Source of the DNA: an uncultured Candidatus Rokubacteria bacterium
GTDB taxonomy: Bacteria; Methylomirabilota; Methylomirabilia; Rokubacteriales; CSP1-6
DNA: 64,000 nt
Assembly: GCA_963762145.1 (NCBI GenBank)
Contig: CAVXJS010000011.1
Location: forward strand, 640,001-704,000
Direction: 5' to 3'
Below, in pieces: positions 1 through 9,350 of the stretch. Within the stretch, counting starts at the first letter, position 1. Each line of letters begins with the position of its first letter. The position numbers and the translations under genes are program-made. The notes under the pieces were generated by a model. It did no database searches and was not told the DNA's origin. It was given only the letters and a program-made list of their open reading frames with translations.

Positions 1-1210
1 CGAGGCGGATCTCCTCATCGGTGAACACGTGGAGGGTCTTGAGATGATCCAGGATCAGCACGCCCGCGGTCCGCCCCTGGTGGATGAGCGGGACCACCAG
101 CGCGGACTTGGCCTGGAAGAGCCCCACCCAGCCCTGCGGGACGCGGGGGTCGCTGCCCGGGTCGGAGATGACCACCGGCTCCTGACGTCGCACCGCTTCT
201 AGCAGGAACGAGGGCATCTCCTCGAGCGCGAGGGCCCGCAGGGTCTCGGCGCCGTCCGCACCGCGGGCCGCGCCGGCGCGGTCGGCGTGCTGCGAGCTGA
301 CCGGGACCATGAGCTGGCCCGACTTGTCGCGCAGGAAGATCGAGCCGCGGTCGACCCGGCACGCGCGCGCCGCGCCGTGCGCGATGACCTCGAACAGCGC
401 CTTCTGCTCGATCGCCGAGCCGATGGCCTCGGTCACCTCGAGCATCCGGTCGGTCTCCTCGGCGCGCTGCTTCACCGCCTTGAGGGCGTCGCGGAGCTGC
501 TCGGTGGTGCGCTGCAGCTCCTGGGTGCGCTGCACCGAGCGCTGCGAGGTCGAGCTCGCCTCGGACATCGTGCGGCGGTGGCTGCGCCAGGCCGCGGGCA
601 GGAGGATCAGGCAGAGGGTCCCGCCCGTGCCGAGCGCGATGTTCCAGGCGAGCACGCTCCAGCGCTCGTGGGCCTGGTCCATGCGCAGCGGGGCCTGGGA
701 GAGCTCGACCACGCCGACCACGCGCCCGGCGCCCGGGCCGTACACGGGCACGAAGAGATCGGCCACGTTGGGCGAGACGAAGCTCTGGGCCTGCGCGTCG
801 GGCAGGGCCACCGAGGAGAACCGCACCGCCACCCGGCCGCTGATGGCGTCGCGCAGCTCGTGGCCGTCGGAACGCTGGCCGATGAACCCGGACTGGACGG
901 CCCACACCACCGTGCCCTGCGGGTCCCAGACCTTGATGTTGACGACGCCGGGCAGCTCCCGGACGAAGCGTGCGCTCTCCTCCGCCCAGCGCTTGGGGCT
1001 GCGCGCGTTCTGGCCCGCGAGCAGCTCGGGCAGCCCGCTCCGATCCACCGCACGCTGGGCGACCGCGGCGGTCTCGGTCCATTCCGGCTCGGAGACCGCC
1101 ATCTCGAGGAGCCACGACAGGCCGACCCCGAGCGCGCCGGTGAAGGCCACGATTCCGATGAGCCGCACCACGAGGGTGCGGGCGAGCCCGCGCAGGGTCA
1201 ACCGAGCCAT
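1..1210 (-). CDS. Membrane sensor protein (2 TM, periplasmic Cache-like region, coiled coil, GAF); 3' end runs off the window
   Basis: Not in ORF track (no stop inside the window). Hand translation from ATG 1210: MARLTLRGLARTLVVRLIGIVAFTGALGVGLSWLL...IKVWDPQGTVVWA...VVGVVEL...TM...LEVTEAIGSAIEQKALFEVIAHGAARACRVDRGSIFL (GAF). GGGAG RBS; overlaps the stop of the EAL gene. Confidence 0.8.
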   Translation of the reverse strand, partial: MARLTLRGLARTLVVRLIGIVAFTGALGVGLSWLLEMAVSEPEWTETAAVAQRAVDRSGLPELLAGQNARSPKRWAEESARFVRELPGVVNIKVWDPQGTVVWAVQSGFIGQRSDGHELRDAISGRVAVRFSSVALPDAQAQSFVSPNVADLFVPVYGPGAGRVVGVVELSQAPLRMDQAHERWSVLAWNIALGTGGTLCLILLPAAWRSHRRTMSEASSTSQRSVQRTQELQRTTEQLRDALKAVKQRAEETDRMLEVTEAIGSAIEQKALFEVIAHGAARACRVDRGSIFLRDKSGQLMVPVSSQHADRAGAARGADGAETLRALALEEMPSFLLEAVRRQEPVVISDPGSDPRVPQGWVGLFQAKSALVVPLIHQGRTAGVLILDHLKTLHVFTDEEIRL

Positions 1211-2955
1211 GAGGGACTCCCGTGACGCTCGTCGGCGGCGAGGCTGGCCAGCAGATCGGGCACGCGGTCTCCCGCGACCGGCCGCGCGAAGTAGTAGCCC
1301 TGGCCCTGATCGCAGCCGACCGTGCGGAGCTGGACGAGCTGGTCCTGGGTCTCGATGCCCTCCGCGGTGACCGTGATCCCGAGGCTGTGCGCGAGGCCGG
1401 ACACCGCCCGGATGATGGCGGTGTCCTCTGTCTCGTACCCCACACCCTTGACGAGCGAGCGATCGATCTTGAGGCAATCCACCGGCAGGCGCTTCAGATA
1501 GGAAAGGGAGGCGTAGCCCGTGCCGAAGTCGTCGATGGCCAGGCGTACGCCCAGAGCTTTGAGGGCATCGAGCCGGTCGAACATCCGCGGGTCGTCGCGC
1601 ATCAGGACGGCCTCGCTGATCTCGAGCTGGAGGCGGCGCGGCTCGAACCCGGTCTCACGCAGAATGGTGGCGACTTCCTCGGCGAGCGCGTCCCGCTCGA
1701 ACTGGCCCGCCGAGAGATTGACGCTGACGATCAACGGGGGCACGCCGGAGGCTTCCGCCTGCCAGGCTCGGGCCTGGCGGCACGCCTCACGGAGGATCCA
1801 GCGGCCCATCGGCAGGATCAGGCCCGTCTCTTCCGAGAGGCCGATGAAGTCGGCGGGCAGCAGCGCGCCGCGGCGCCGGTGATCCCATCGGACGAGGGCC
1901 TCGACCTCGACGGCGCGCATGGTGCCCAGCGCGATCACGGGCTGGAAGCGCAGGCTCAGCTCCTGCCGCGCGCCCGCGGTACGCAGATCGGCCTGCAGGT
2001 CCAGGCGCTCGCGGGTGGAGACGCTGAGGCCGGGCTCGTAGAGCTCGTACCGGGCGCGGCCCTCCGCCTTCGCCTGATACATGGCGAGGTCGGCGTTGTG
2101 GAGCACCTCTTCCGGCTGCATCGAACCGCCGCCGGTGAGGGCGACCCCGATGCTCGCCGAGATCAGGACGTCGCGTCCGTCCACGACGAACGGGCGCTGG
2201 ATCTCGGCGGAGACCTTCTCCGCCAGCGCGGTGGCGCCCCGGAGGTCGGAGGTGTCTTCCAGCAGCAGGGCGAACTCGTCGCCCCCCAGGCGCGCGACGG
2301 TGTCCTCGGGGCTCAGGCACCCGGCCAGGCGATGGCCGACCTCCACCAGGAGTCGATCGCCGACCTCCTGGCCCAGCGTGTCGTTCAGGATCTTGAAGCG
2401 GTCGAGGTCGAGGAAGAGGACGGCGAGATTGCTGCCGCCGCGCTCCGCCCGGGTCAGGGCGTGGGTGAGGCGATCCATGAAGAGGGCGCGGTTGGGCAGC
2501 CCGGTCAGGGAATCGCGGAACGCCTCGCGAATGAGCTGGTCCAGGCGGCGCGGGAACTCGTTGATCTCCTGGGACTGCTGCTCGATCGTCGCGAGCATGC
2601 GCGCGAAGGAGCTCATGAGGGTGCCGATCTCGTCCTTGCGAGACGGCTCCGCCGGCAGCTCCGGGCTCTGCTCGTTGCTGAGCTGCGCGGCCCGCGAGAG
2701 CGCGGTCGCGATGTCCCACACGATGAAGGCGCCGCCCGCCATGAGGAGGGCGGTGAAGGCGAGGAGCGCGGGAACGCTCACCGAGTCACTCAGGCCCACG
2801 ATGGGGCCCAGGAACTCGCGGACCGGGGCGTGGAAGGCGTAGGTCAGGAGGAGCAGCGGGATGATCGAGCACAAGGTGAGGGCGAAGATCACCTTGCGCC
2901 GGACCTGCTGTCCGGCGAGCGCCACCTCGCGATTGATCGAGCCCGGTTTGGTCAT
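1198..2955 (-). CDS. Membrane-anchored diguanylate cyclase/phosphodiesterase (TM-HAMP-like-GGDEF-EAL)
   Basis: DSLTGLPNR, FLDLDRFK, RLGGDEF, EALVRW and DDFGTGYASL motifs intact; two N-terminal TM helices; start 2955 (ATG) or 2994 (GTG). Confidence 0.93.
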   Translation of the reverse strand: MTKPGSINREVALAGQQVRRKVIFALTLCSIIPLLLLTYAFHAPVREFLGPIVGLSDSVSVPALLAFTALLMAGGAFIVWDIATALSRAAQLSNEQSPELPAEPSRKDEIGTLMSSFARMLATIEQQSQEINEFPRRLDQLIREAFRDSLTGLPNRALFMDRLTHALTRAERGGSNLAVLFLDLDRFKILNDTLGQEVGDRLLVEVGHRLAGCLSPEDTVARLGGDEFALLLEDTSDLRGATALAEKVSAEIQRPFVVDGRDVLISASIGVALTGGGSMQPEEVLHNADLAMYQAKAEGRARYELYEPGLSVSTRERLDLQADLRTAGARQELSLRFQPVIALGTMRAVEVEALVRWDHRRRGALLPADFIGLSEETGLILPMGRWILREACRQARAWQAEASGVPPLIVSVNLSAGQFERDALAEEVATILRETGFEPRRLQLEISEAVLMRDDPRMFDRLDALKALGVRLAIDDFGTGYASLSYLKRLPVDCLKIDRSLVKGVGYETEDTAIIRAVSGLAHSLGITVTAEGIETQDQLVQLRTVGCDQGQGYYFARPVAGDRVPDLLASLAADERHGSPSWLG

Positions 2956-3214
2956 GTGGTCAGCCGGTGTGAAATCGAGCAAGAGCGGTGCCACGAAAGG
3001 GGGAAGCCAAGGGGCTGATAAGACGAGGGTGCAGCGAGTGCCGGACTTTAAAAAACGTCCATGCCGCCGACGATTTTCGTCAACGTGGACCTTTTCGCTA
3101 AGCCCTCGTTTCGCCAGTCACGATGCGGGTTTTCCCCAAACCTGTAACACGATGTTTGCCTCCCTCTGGACCAAGCTCAAGAAGCGCTCCGGCCCGCCCC
3201 TGACCCCGGCGCAG

Positions 3215-3435
3215 GCCGCGAACCGCATGTGGCCGTCCGGACGCATCAGGCCCATGTCGCCGGTGTGGAACCACCCCTCGGTGTCGATGGCCCGCTCCGT
3301 CTCCTCGGGCCGCTTGTACTACCCCGGCGTGACGATGGAGCCGCGCACCAGGATCTCTCCCGGCACCGACACCGGCTGGTCGGCCCCCCGTCTCGGATCG
3401 ACGATGCCCACCTCGTAGCTGGGCCGGCCGTGCAC
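3215..3435 (-). pseudogene. Fragment of an acyl-CoA synthetase (ANL/AMP-binding) with an in-frame TAG
   Basis: [57 protein letters not shown]; both ends missing; TAG at 3321-3319. Confidence 0.75.
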
Positions 3436-3522
3436 CAGGGAGCATTGGGAAACGGATGGGCTCGATAGCACCTTCGTCCCATAGACCCGTTCCACGTTGG
3501 ACGGCACTCTACTGCCACCAGC

Positions 3523-3755
3523 ATGAATCGCATCCTGGTGTACAACTTCGCCGCGACGCCCGCGGATGCTCCGGAGCTTGCCGGCCAGACTGCCGGTAGT
3601 CCCCCACAGACCGCCCAGGAGATCCAGGCGGGCCGCCAGCTGGGCGCCCAGATCGCCGGCCACCTGGCCCACGAGATCCGCGACATGGGCCTCGCCGGCG
3701 CGGAGGTCCCGATCGTGAGCACCGGGATGAAGGCCTACGGCGAGCGGCGCCATCG
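3523..3755 (+). pseudogene. Fragment of a DUF4410-like lipoprotein
   Basis: RILVYNFAATPAD...QTAQEIQAGRQLGAQIAGHLAHEIRDMGL resembles the DUF4410 core; no signal peptide or C-terminal part. Confidence 0.45.
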
Positions 3756-3766
3756 CCGTAGGCCTG

Positions 3767-4045
3767 ATGATTGGCCTGACCCGGTCATTGGTCTATGTGC
3801 TGGTGGAACATCTCCATCCAGGGTCCTATCGCCTCGCCTCTACCGGAATACTGCAGGCCCCGGCGAAGGAGCTGCTCTATTTCAGCTATGTCACCCTGGC
3901 CACTCTCGGCTACGGGGACGTGGTCCCGGTGACCGACGGGGCGCGCTCGCTGGCCGTGCTGGAAAGCCTCTGCGGGACCATCTACATGGCGATCCTCGTG
4001 GACCGCCTGATCGGACTGCACCTGTCCCGCGCTTGGACGCCGTGA
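3767..4045 (+). pseudogene. K+ channel pore module (Ion_trans_2), N-terminally truncated
   Basis: LLYFSYVTLATLGYGDVVP selectivity filter flanked by two TM helices; 92 aa; charged residues in the TM helices suggest decay. Confidence 0.7.
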
Positions 4046-4097
4046 GCCGGTTCGAAACCGCCAAAGGCCGTTGGACTCTGGCAACGAGGAGGCTGTG

Positions 4098-4703
4098 ATG
4101 CGCCACTTGAAAACGGGAGGCTTCTCGATTCTCACGCTCGCTCTCGTAGTCGCTACGTCGCTGGTGGTGGCCGCGCCCACGACAGGAGAAGCCGCGCCGC
4201 CCACGAAGGAAGAGATAGCGGAAGAGAAGAAGGAGATCCGCCAGAAGAGTAAGGAAATCCTCGCACAGCTCTACAAGGCGCAGCCGAACGCCAAGGCCAG
4301 CATCAACAAGGCTGCGGGCTACGCTGTCTTCAGCAACTTCGGCATGAAGATCTTCGTCGCGGGCAGCGGTAAGGGGAAGGGCGTCGCCGTGGACAACAAG
4401 ACCAAGAAAGAAGTGTTCATGGACATGCTCGAGCTCCAGGCCGGCCTCGGCCTGGGCGTCAAGAAATTCAATCTGGTCTGGGTCTTCGAGACTCCCCAAG
4501 CTCTCGCGACGTTCATGAATTCCGGCTGGGAGCTGGGTGGCCAGGCGAGTGCGGCCGCCAAGGCCGGCGGCAAGGGCGGCGCCTTCCAGGGTGCCATAGC
4601 TGTCGCGCCAGGCGTCTGGGTCTATCAGCTCACCGAGGCCGGCCTGGCGCTGGAGCTCACGGCGAAGGGCACGAAATACTACAAGGACGACGACTTGAAC
4701 TGA
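4098..4703 (+). CDS. YSC84/SYLF-related secreted lipid-binding protein
   Basis: Signal peptide, AAGYAVFSN, GSGKGKGVAVDN, GLGLGVKKF, GLALELTAKGTKYYKDDDLN; GAGGAGG RBS. Confidence 0.85.
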   Translation: MRHLKTGGFSILTLALVVATSLVVAAPTTGEAAPPTKEEIAEEKKEIRQKSKEILAQLYKAQPNAKASINKAAGYAVFSNFGMKIFVAGSGKGKGVAVDNKTKKEVFMDMLELQAGLGLGVKKFNLVWVFETPQALATFMNSGWELGGQASAAAKAGGKGGAFQGAIAVAPGVWVYQLTEAGLALELTAKGTKYYKDDDLN

Positions 4704-4815
4704 GCGCTCCCGCGCGGGAGAAGACCGAGAGGCCCCCGAGACCATGACGGCCTCGGGGGCTTCACCTCTATGGAACACCGCGCGCTGCCGCTGTACGCAA
4801 GCGAAGGAGATGAAC

Positions 4816-5196
4816 ATGCCTTCTCCCACCAAGCTGGCGCTTACGGTTCTCGCGCTGAGCATGCTCGTGCTGTCCGGTTGTGCTGACCTAGCCATACGCG
4901 ACACGGCCAGCTTGCTCGCGCCCAGATTTCAACGGTCGGAGATCTTTGGCTTCGTGGCGGGCGCGGGAACGACCTTTGCCGCATTACCTGACCTGATCGG
5001 TATGCTCAGGCGCCGGTCGAGCAAGGGCATGAACCCAAGAATGGCAGGCATCATGTGCGTCTTTCAGATCGGCTGGATCTACTACGGCCTGTTGATCGGG
5101 TCCCGGCCGGTTATCGTGTGGAATATGATCGCCGTCGTGATCAACTCTCTGAGCGTCGCTGCCTACTTTCGCTTCGCCCGGCTCGAACTGAAGTGA
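4816..5196 (+). CDS. SemiSWEET (PQ-loop/MtN3) family transporter with an N-terminal lipoprotein-like extension
   Basis: GFVAGAGTTFAALPDL..RRRSSKGMN..WIYYGLLIGSRPVIVWN triple-helix pattern; preceded by a hydrophobic stretch ending LSGC; AAGGAG RBS. Confidence 0.8.
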   Translation: MPSPTKLALTVLALSMLVLSGCADLAIRDTASLLAPRFQRSEIFGFVAGAGTTFAALPDLIGMLRRRSSKGMNPRMAGIMCVFQIGWIYYGLLIGSRPVIVWNMIAVVINSLSVAAYFRFARLELK

Positions 5197-5449
5197 CGAC
5201 GGGGAACTGTTCGGGCTGATACCTGCCCTTCGGCGCGCAGGCCCCGAGGGGGGCTCACTCCTGCCTGGCCACGCCCAGCGCCTTGTGGAGGCGAATGACG
5301 GGCAGCCGTTCGTCCCAATAGGTGCAGACCGCGCAGAGAGCGACAGGTCATTCGGCTTTTGCACAACCTGGACCGATGTCCTTACGCGCGTCGCCGAAAA
5401 CCACTGCGGCCAAAGTCTAATTCACGACGGTTGTCGCCGGATCCTACGT

Positions 5450-5989
5450 CTACGGCGCCTTCCAGACGGCATTGCCGTCTCGATCGGACAGCTGAAGGCT
5501 TGGGCTCTGGGTCGGGCTGGTGGCGACCGTGATCTGTGGCTTACCCGGGTCGTTGCCGAGGGCGAGGCTCGATCCGGTTGGATCCGCGACGAGCCATCCG
5601 CGCTGCCCGCGGGCGGTGACCGAGACCTGGCCGGTCTCGCCCGCGGCCGCGAGCTGGGCCTGGGCGCCCGCGCGGCCAAGCGAGAGCGCGGCGGACTGCC
5701 CCGGCGTGACGGTCAGATCCGCGGTGGTCGTCGCGTCCCGGTCGCTGAGCGTGAGGCGCGTCCGGTCGCTCTCGTCCACCGTGAAGAGCGCGCGGCCGCG
5801 GCCTTCGCCGTCGGTGATCACGAGGCGGCGGGTCTTCACCTCGTCGGGATTGGTGGTGACGGTGGCCGCGATGGCGCCGAAGAGGCCCACGCCGGCGAGC
5901 GCGGCGACCCCGACCCGGCGCCACCAGCCGATCTCGCGCTCGAGACGCTCCAGCCGTGCGTGCAGCCCATCGAGTGACGACTCCCTCAT
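5450..5989 (-). CDS. Hypothetical exported/membrane-anchored beta-rich protein
   Basis: Coiled coil, one TM helix, then EVKTRRLVITDGEGRGRA...LQLSDRDGNAVWKAP; GAAGGAGG RBS. Confidence 0.75.
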   Translation of the reverse strand: MRESSLDGLHARLERLEREIGWWRRVGVAALAGVGLFGAIAATVTTNPDEVKTRRLVITDGEGRGRALFTVDESDRTRLTLSDRDATTTADLTVTPGQSAALSLGRAGAQAQLAAAGETGQVSVTARGQRGWLVADPTGSSLALGNDPGKPQITVATSPTQSPSLQLSDRDGNAVWKAP

Positions 5990-6132
5990 CGCGCGTCCTC
6001 CTTCGGGTGGTGGATTCGTTCGGCTCGGGGCCGCCTTGACCCCCCTCGACCCGGCATGTTACACAAGGGCGGCCTCCGATGACGCTCCCGCTTCCCGTTG
6101 CCGTGCCCGATCGACTTCGAGGAGAACCTACC

Positions 6133-7146
6133 ATGCATCGTTGCCTGGGTATCGTCGTCGCGCTCTGCCTCGCCGCCGTCCTGGGGGTGCCGTCCCCCGT
6201 CCCCGCGCAATCCGTGATGGTGTGGAAGGCGGGCACCGCGACCGCGGGCGGCAATCCGCTGAATGACACGATGGAGATCTTCGCGAAGCAGATCGCCGAG
6301 CGAAGCAAGGGGCGGATCAAGGTCGACGTGCACATCGCCAACGCGCTGGCCAAGGGCGAGGCCGCGCATCTCGAAGGCGTGCAGCTCGGCACCATCGACG
6401 TGGCCGCGATCGGCAGCGCGCCGGTGGGCGGCATGTTCGAGCCCTCCTACCAGGCCCTCGACCTCCCCTTCCTCTGGGCCACCCGCGAGCAGGTGTGGAC
6501 GGTCATGGACGGGCCGCTGGGCCAGGAGCTGCTCAAGAAGATGGAGGCCAAGAACCTGAAGGCCTTCTGCTTCGGCGGCGGCTGGGGCTTCCGCAACATG
6601 ATGTCGAACAAGCGCGCGATCACGACGCCGGAGGACATGAAGGGGCAGACCATCCGCGTGCAGGAGTCGCCCACCTACGTGGCCATGATGAAGGCGATGG
6701 GGGCCAACCCGGTGCCCATGCCCTACGTCGAGGTCTACCTCGCCATGAAGCAGGGCACGATCGACGGCATGGAGCTGCCGTCCTTCACCATGACCTCGGA
6801 CAAGTTCCAGGAGGTCACCAAGTACTACTCGCTCACCCGCCACTCCTACCCGCCGATCGCCTGGTTCATGAACCTCAAGAAGTACCAGGCGCTGGCGCCC
6901 GACCTCCAGAAGGCGGTCGACGAGTCGATGCGCGAGGCCTGCCAGGCTCACCGCCGCTTCGAGGTCGAGAAGGAGAAGCTCGACTTCGAGATCATGAAGA
7001 AGGCCGGCGTGCAGATCAACGAGGTGAAGGACATCAAGGCCTTCCAGGGCCTCATGAAGCCGGCCTACGACTACGTCGAGGGGCAGGTGGGCAAGGAGTT
7101 CATGGCCAAGCTCCGGGCCGCGGTGCAGGCAGCGGCGCCCAAGTAG
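6133..7146 (+). CDS. dctP: TRAP transporter substrate-binding protein
   Basis: Signal peptide; ALDLPFLW, GFRNM, PEDMKGQTIRVQESP, GANPVPMPYVEVYLAMKQGTIDG. Confidence 0.93.
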   Translation: MHRCLGIVVALCLAAVLGVPSPVPAQSVMVWKAGTATAGGNPLNDTMEIFAKQIAERSKGRIKVDVHIANALAKGEAAHLEGVQLGTIDVAAIGSAPVGGMFEPSYQALDLPFLWATREQVWTVMDGPLGQELLKKMEAKNLKAFCFGGGWGFRNMMSNKRAITTPEDMKGQTIRVQESPTYVAMMKAMGANPVPMPYVEVYLAMKQGTIDGMELPSFTMTSDKFQEVTKYYSLTRHSYPPIAWFMNLKKYQALAPDLQKAVDESMREACQAHRRFEVEKEKLDFEIMKKAGVQINEVKDIKAFQGLMKPAYDYVEGQVGKEFMAKLRAAVQAAAPK

Positions 7147-7151
7147 CATCC

Positions 7152-7628
7152 GTGCTGATCCGCGCCGGATCGAACCTCGTGGAGGGCGTCCTCCTCGTGA
7201 TGATGGTGCTGCTCTGCGCGGACGTCTTCCTGGGCGTCTTCTCGCGCTACGTCATCCGCAGCACCTTCACCTGGTACGACGAGATCGCCCGGCTGCTCTT
7301 CGTCTGGATCGTGTTCCTGGGGGCGGCGGTGGGCGTGCGGCGCACGGCTCACTTCCGGCTTCACCTCCTGGTCGACCGGCTCCCGACCGCCAGCCGGCGG
7401 GTCGCCCGCGTGTTCGGGGTGCTCGTGTTGATGGGCTTCGGCCTGGTGCTCATCCAGCAGGGCTGGAAGCTCGTGGAGCTCGGGCAGTTCCAGCGCACCC
7501 CGGTGATGGGCCTCTCCAAGCAGTACATCTACCTCTCGGTGCCCGTGGGCGGGGCGCTGGTCATTCTCTACAGCCTCCCTCATCTCTGGCGCGCCCTCCG
7601 CGGCGAGGCCGGGCCCGTCGCGGCATGA
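7152..7628 (+). CDS. dctQ: TRAP transporter small permease
   Basis: VFSRYV...WYDEIARLLFVWIVFLGAA...HFRL; 4 TM; GTG start just after dctP. Confidence 0.9.
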   Translation: MLIRAGSNLVEGVLLVMMVLLCADVFLGVFSRYVIRSTFTWYDEIARLLFVWIVFLGAAVGVRRTAHFRLHLLVDRLPTASRRVARVFGVLVLMGFGLVLIQQGWKLVELGQFQRTPVMGLSKQYIYLSVPVGGALVILYSLPHLWRALRGEAGPVAA

Positions 7629-8905
7629 TCGCGCTGATCGCGGTCTGCTTTCTCGTCCTCCTCGCGCTGGGCGTGCCGGTGGCCTTCGTGATCGGAGTCT
7701 CCGGCTTCGTGGGGCTTTGGTGGAGCGGACAGTACCCGCTCACCGTCGTCGTGAAGCAGATGTTCGAGGGCGTGGATTCGTTCGTGCTGCTCGCCATCCC
7801 CCTCTTCATCCTGGCGGGCTCCCTGATGGAGACCGGGGGGATCGCGGTGCGTCTGGTGCGGCTGGCCCAGGTCCTGGTGGGATGGATCCGGGGCGGGCTC
7901 TCGATGGCGGTGGTGGTGGCCGAGTACATCTTCTCCGGCATCTCGGGCTCCACGGTGGCCGACGTCTCGGCGATCGGCTCCACGATGATCCCACCCATGC
8001 TGCGGGCCGGCTATCGGCCGGAGCAGGCGGTCGCGGTGGTCTCGGCGGCCTCCGCCATGGGGATCCTGGTGCCCCCGTGCATCCTGATGATCGTCATCGG
8101 CTCGGTCGCCAACGTATCGGTGGCCGCGCTGTTCGCGGCGGGCTTCGTGCCCGCGGTGGTCATCGCGCTGGCCATCATGACCTACATCTGGTTCGACGCC
8201 CGACGGAGTGGCATCGAGGCGCGGGCCCACGCCACCTGGGCCGCGCTCTGGCACGCCTTCACCGACGCGGTGATCCCGCTCGGGCTGCCCGCCATCATCT
8301 TCGGCGGGATCCTCGGCGGGGTGGTGACGCCGACCGAGGCCGCGGTGCTCGCGGTGGTCTACGCGTTCATCGTGGGGGTCTTCGTGTATCGCGAGATCGC
8401 CTGGAAGGACCTGCCGAGCCTCCTGGTGCACAGCGCGGTGGTGACCGCCGCGGTGTGCTTCCTGCTGGGGACCGCGGCGGTCGTGGCGTGGGTGCTGGCC
8501 GTCGAGCAGATCCCGCAGCTCCTCCTGAAGGCGATGCTGGCGGTACCAGGCGGGAACATCGTCTTCCTCGTTCTCACCGCGGTGCTGTTCATCCTGCTGG
8601 GGGCGGTGCTCGAGGGCCTGCCCGCGGTGGTCATCCTGCTGCCCACCTTCATGCCGGTGGTGACCAGGCTCGGGATCGACGTCATCCACTACAGCACGGT
8701 GGTGGTCGCGGCCACCGGCATCGGCCTCTTCCTGCCCCCGATCGGGGTGGGGTTCTTCATCGCGTGCGGCATCGCCAACGTGCCCAGCGACCGCGCGACG
8801 CCCGCGATGATGCCCTACGTGTACATGATGTGCGTGGGGCTGCTCGTCGTCATCCTGGTCCCGTGGTTCACCCTGATCCTGCCGCGGGTGCTGGGCCTCG
8901 GCTGA
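7625..8905 (+). CDS. dctM: TRAP transporter large permease
   Basis: LLAIPLFILAGSLM, FSGISGS, PPCILMI, TPTEAA; ATGA overlap with dctQ. Confidence 0.94.
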   Translation: MIALIAVCFLVLLALGVPVAFVIGVSGFVGLWWSGQYPLTVVVKQMFEGVDSFVLLAIPLFILAGSLMETGGIAVRLVRLAQVLVGWIRGGLSMAVVVAEYIFSGISGSTVADVSAIGSTMIPPMLRAGYRPEQAVAVVSAASAMGILVPPCILMIVIGSVANVSVAALFAAGFVPAVVIALAIMTYIWFDARRSGIEARAHATWAALWHAFTDAVIPLGLPAIIFGGILGGVVTPTEAAVLAVVYAFIVGVFVYREIAWKDLPSLLVHSAVVTAAVCFLLGTAAVVAWVLAVEQIPQLLLKAMLAVPGGNIVFLVLTAVLFILLGAVLEGLPAVVILLPTFMPVVTRLGIDVIHYSTVVVAATGIGLFLPPIGVGFFIACGIANVPSDRATPAMMPYVYMMCVGLLVVILVPWFTLILPRVLGLG

Positions 8906-8990
8906 TCTTGCGACGCGCGCCCGCGCCAGAGTAGGCTAGGGCGGCTCACGGGGTTGGCCACGCAGGCCCCCGTCAGACCAGGAGGCCCAC

Positions 8991-9350
8991 ATGCCCGAGC
9001 TGACCCGGCGGTACATCGTCATGGCCATGGCCACCGAAGCGCCGTTCGACGTGCACGACCCCGAGGCGCCGTTCGTGCTCAAGCCGTGGAAGGATCCGGC
9101 GGCCCTGCGCGCCCTCGAGGTGTACCGCGACCATTGCTACCCCGAGCTGGCCGGCGACCTCACCGGCTGGATCCAGGCGATCAGGAACGGGGCGCGGATC
9201 CGCGGCGGGGTGGGCGCCCGCAACGACGCCTACATGGCGTCGCGGCCCAGGCCGGGTCGCGCGGCGCCGGCCGCGCGGCGCCCAGCTAAAGCGGCCAAGA
9301 AGAAACCTGCCAAGAAGGCATCGAAAAAAAAGGGGAAACGGGGCAGGTGA
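8991..9350 (+). CDS. Hypothetical protein with a Lys/Ala-rich histone-H1-like C-terminal tail
   Basis: GGAGG RBS; globular part FVLKPWKDPAALRALEVY; tail AKAAKKKPAKKASKKKGKRGR; GTGA overlap with the sirtuin. Confidence 0.8.
   Translation: MPELTRRYIVMAMATEAPFDVHDPEAPFVLKPWKDPAALRALEVYRDHCYPELAGDLTGWIQAIRNGARIRGGVGARNDAYMASRPRPGRAAPAARRPAKAAKKKPAKKASKKKGKRGR

Noticed and set aside
1222-3018. 598-aa plus-strand ORF mirroring the GGDEF-EAL gene (and similar antisense ORFs throughout)
   Set aside because: Antisense shadow caused by GC3 bias; no motifs or RBS.
3000-3180. c-di-GMP riboswitch upstream of the GGDEF-EAL gene
   Set aside because: A GGCAAAC is present on the minus strand but the GAAA-tetraloop P2 and GCAAAGC elements are not.
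3319-3321. In-frame TAG as pyrrolysine or stop-codon read-through
   Set aside because: It replaces a Tyr codon (GYY motif) in a fragment lacking both ends; other genes here use TAG as a normal stop; no pyl genes seen.
4078-4094. Sigma54 promoter before the YSC84 gene
   Set aside because: GG-N10-GC spacing is present but the TTGC is missing and it overlaps the RBS.
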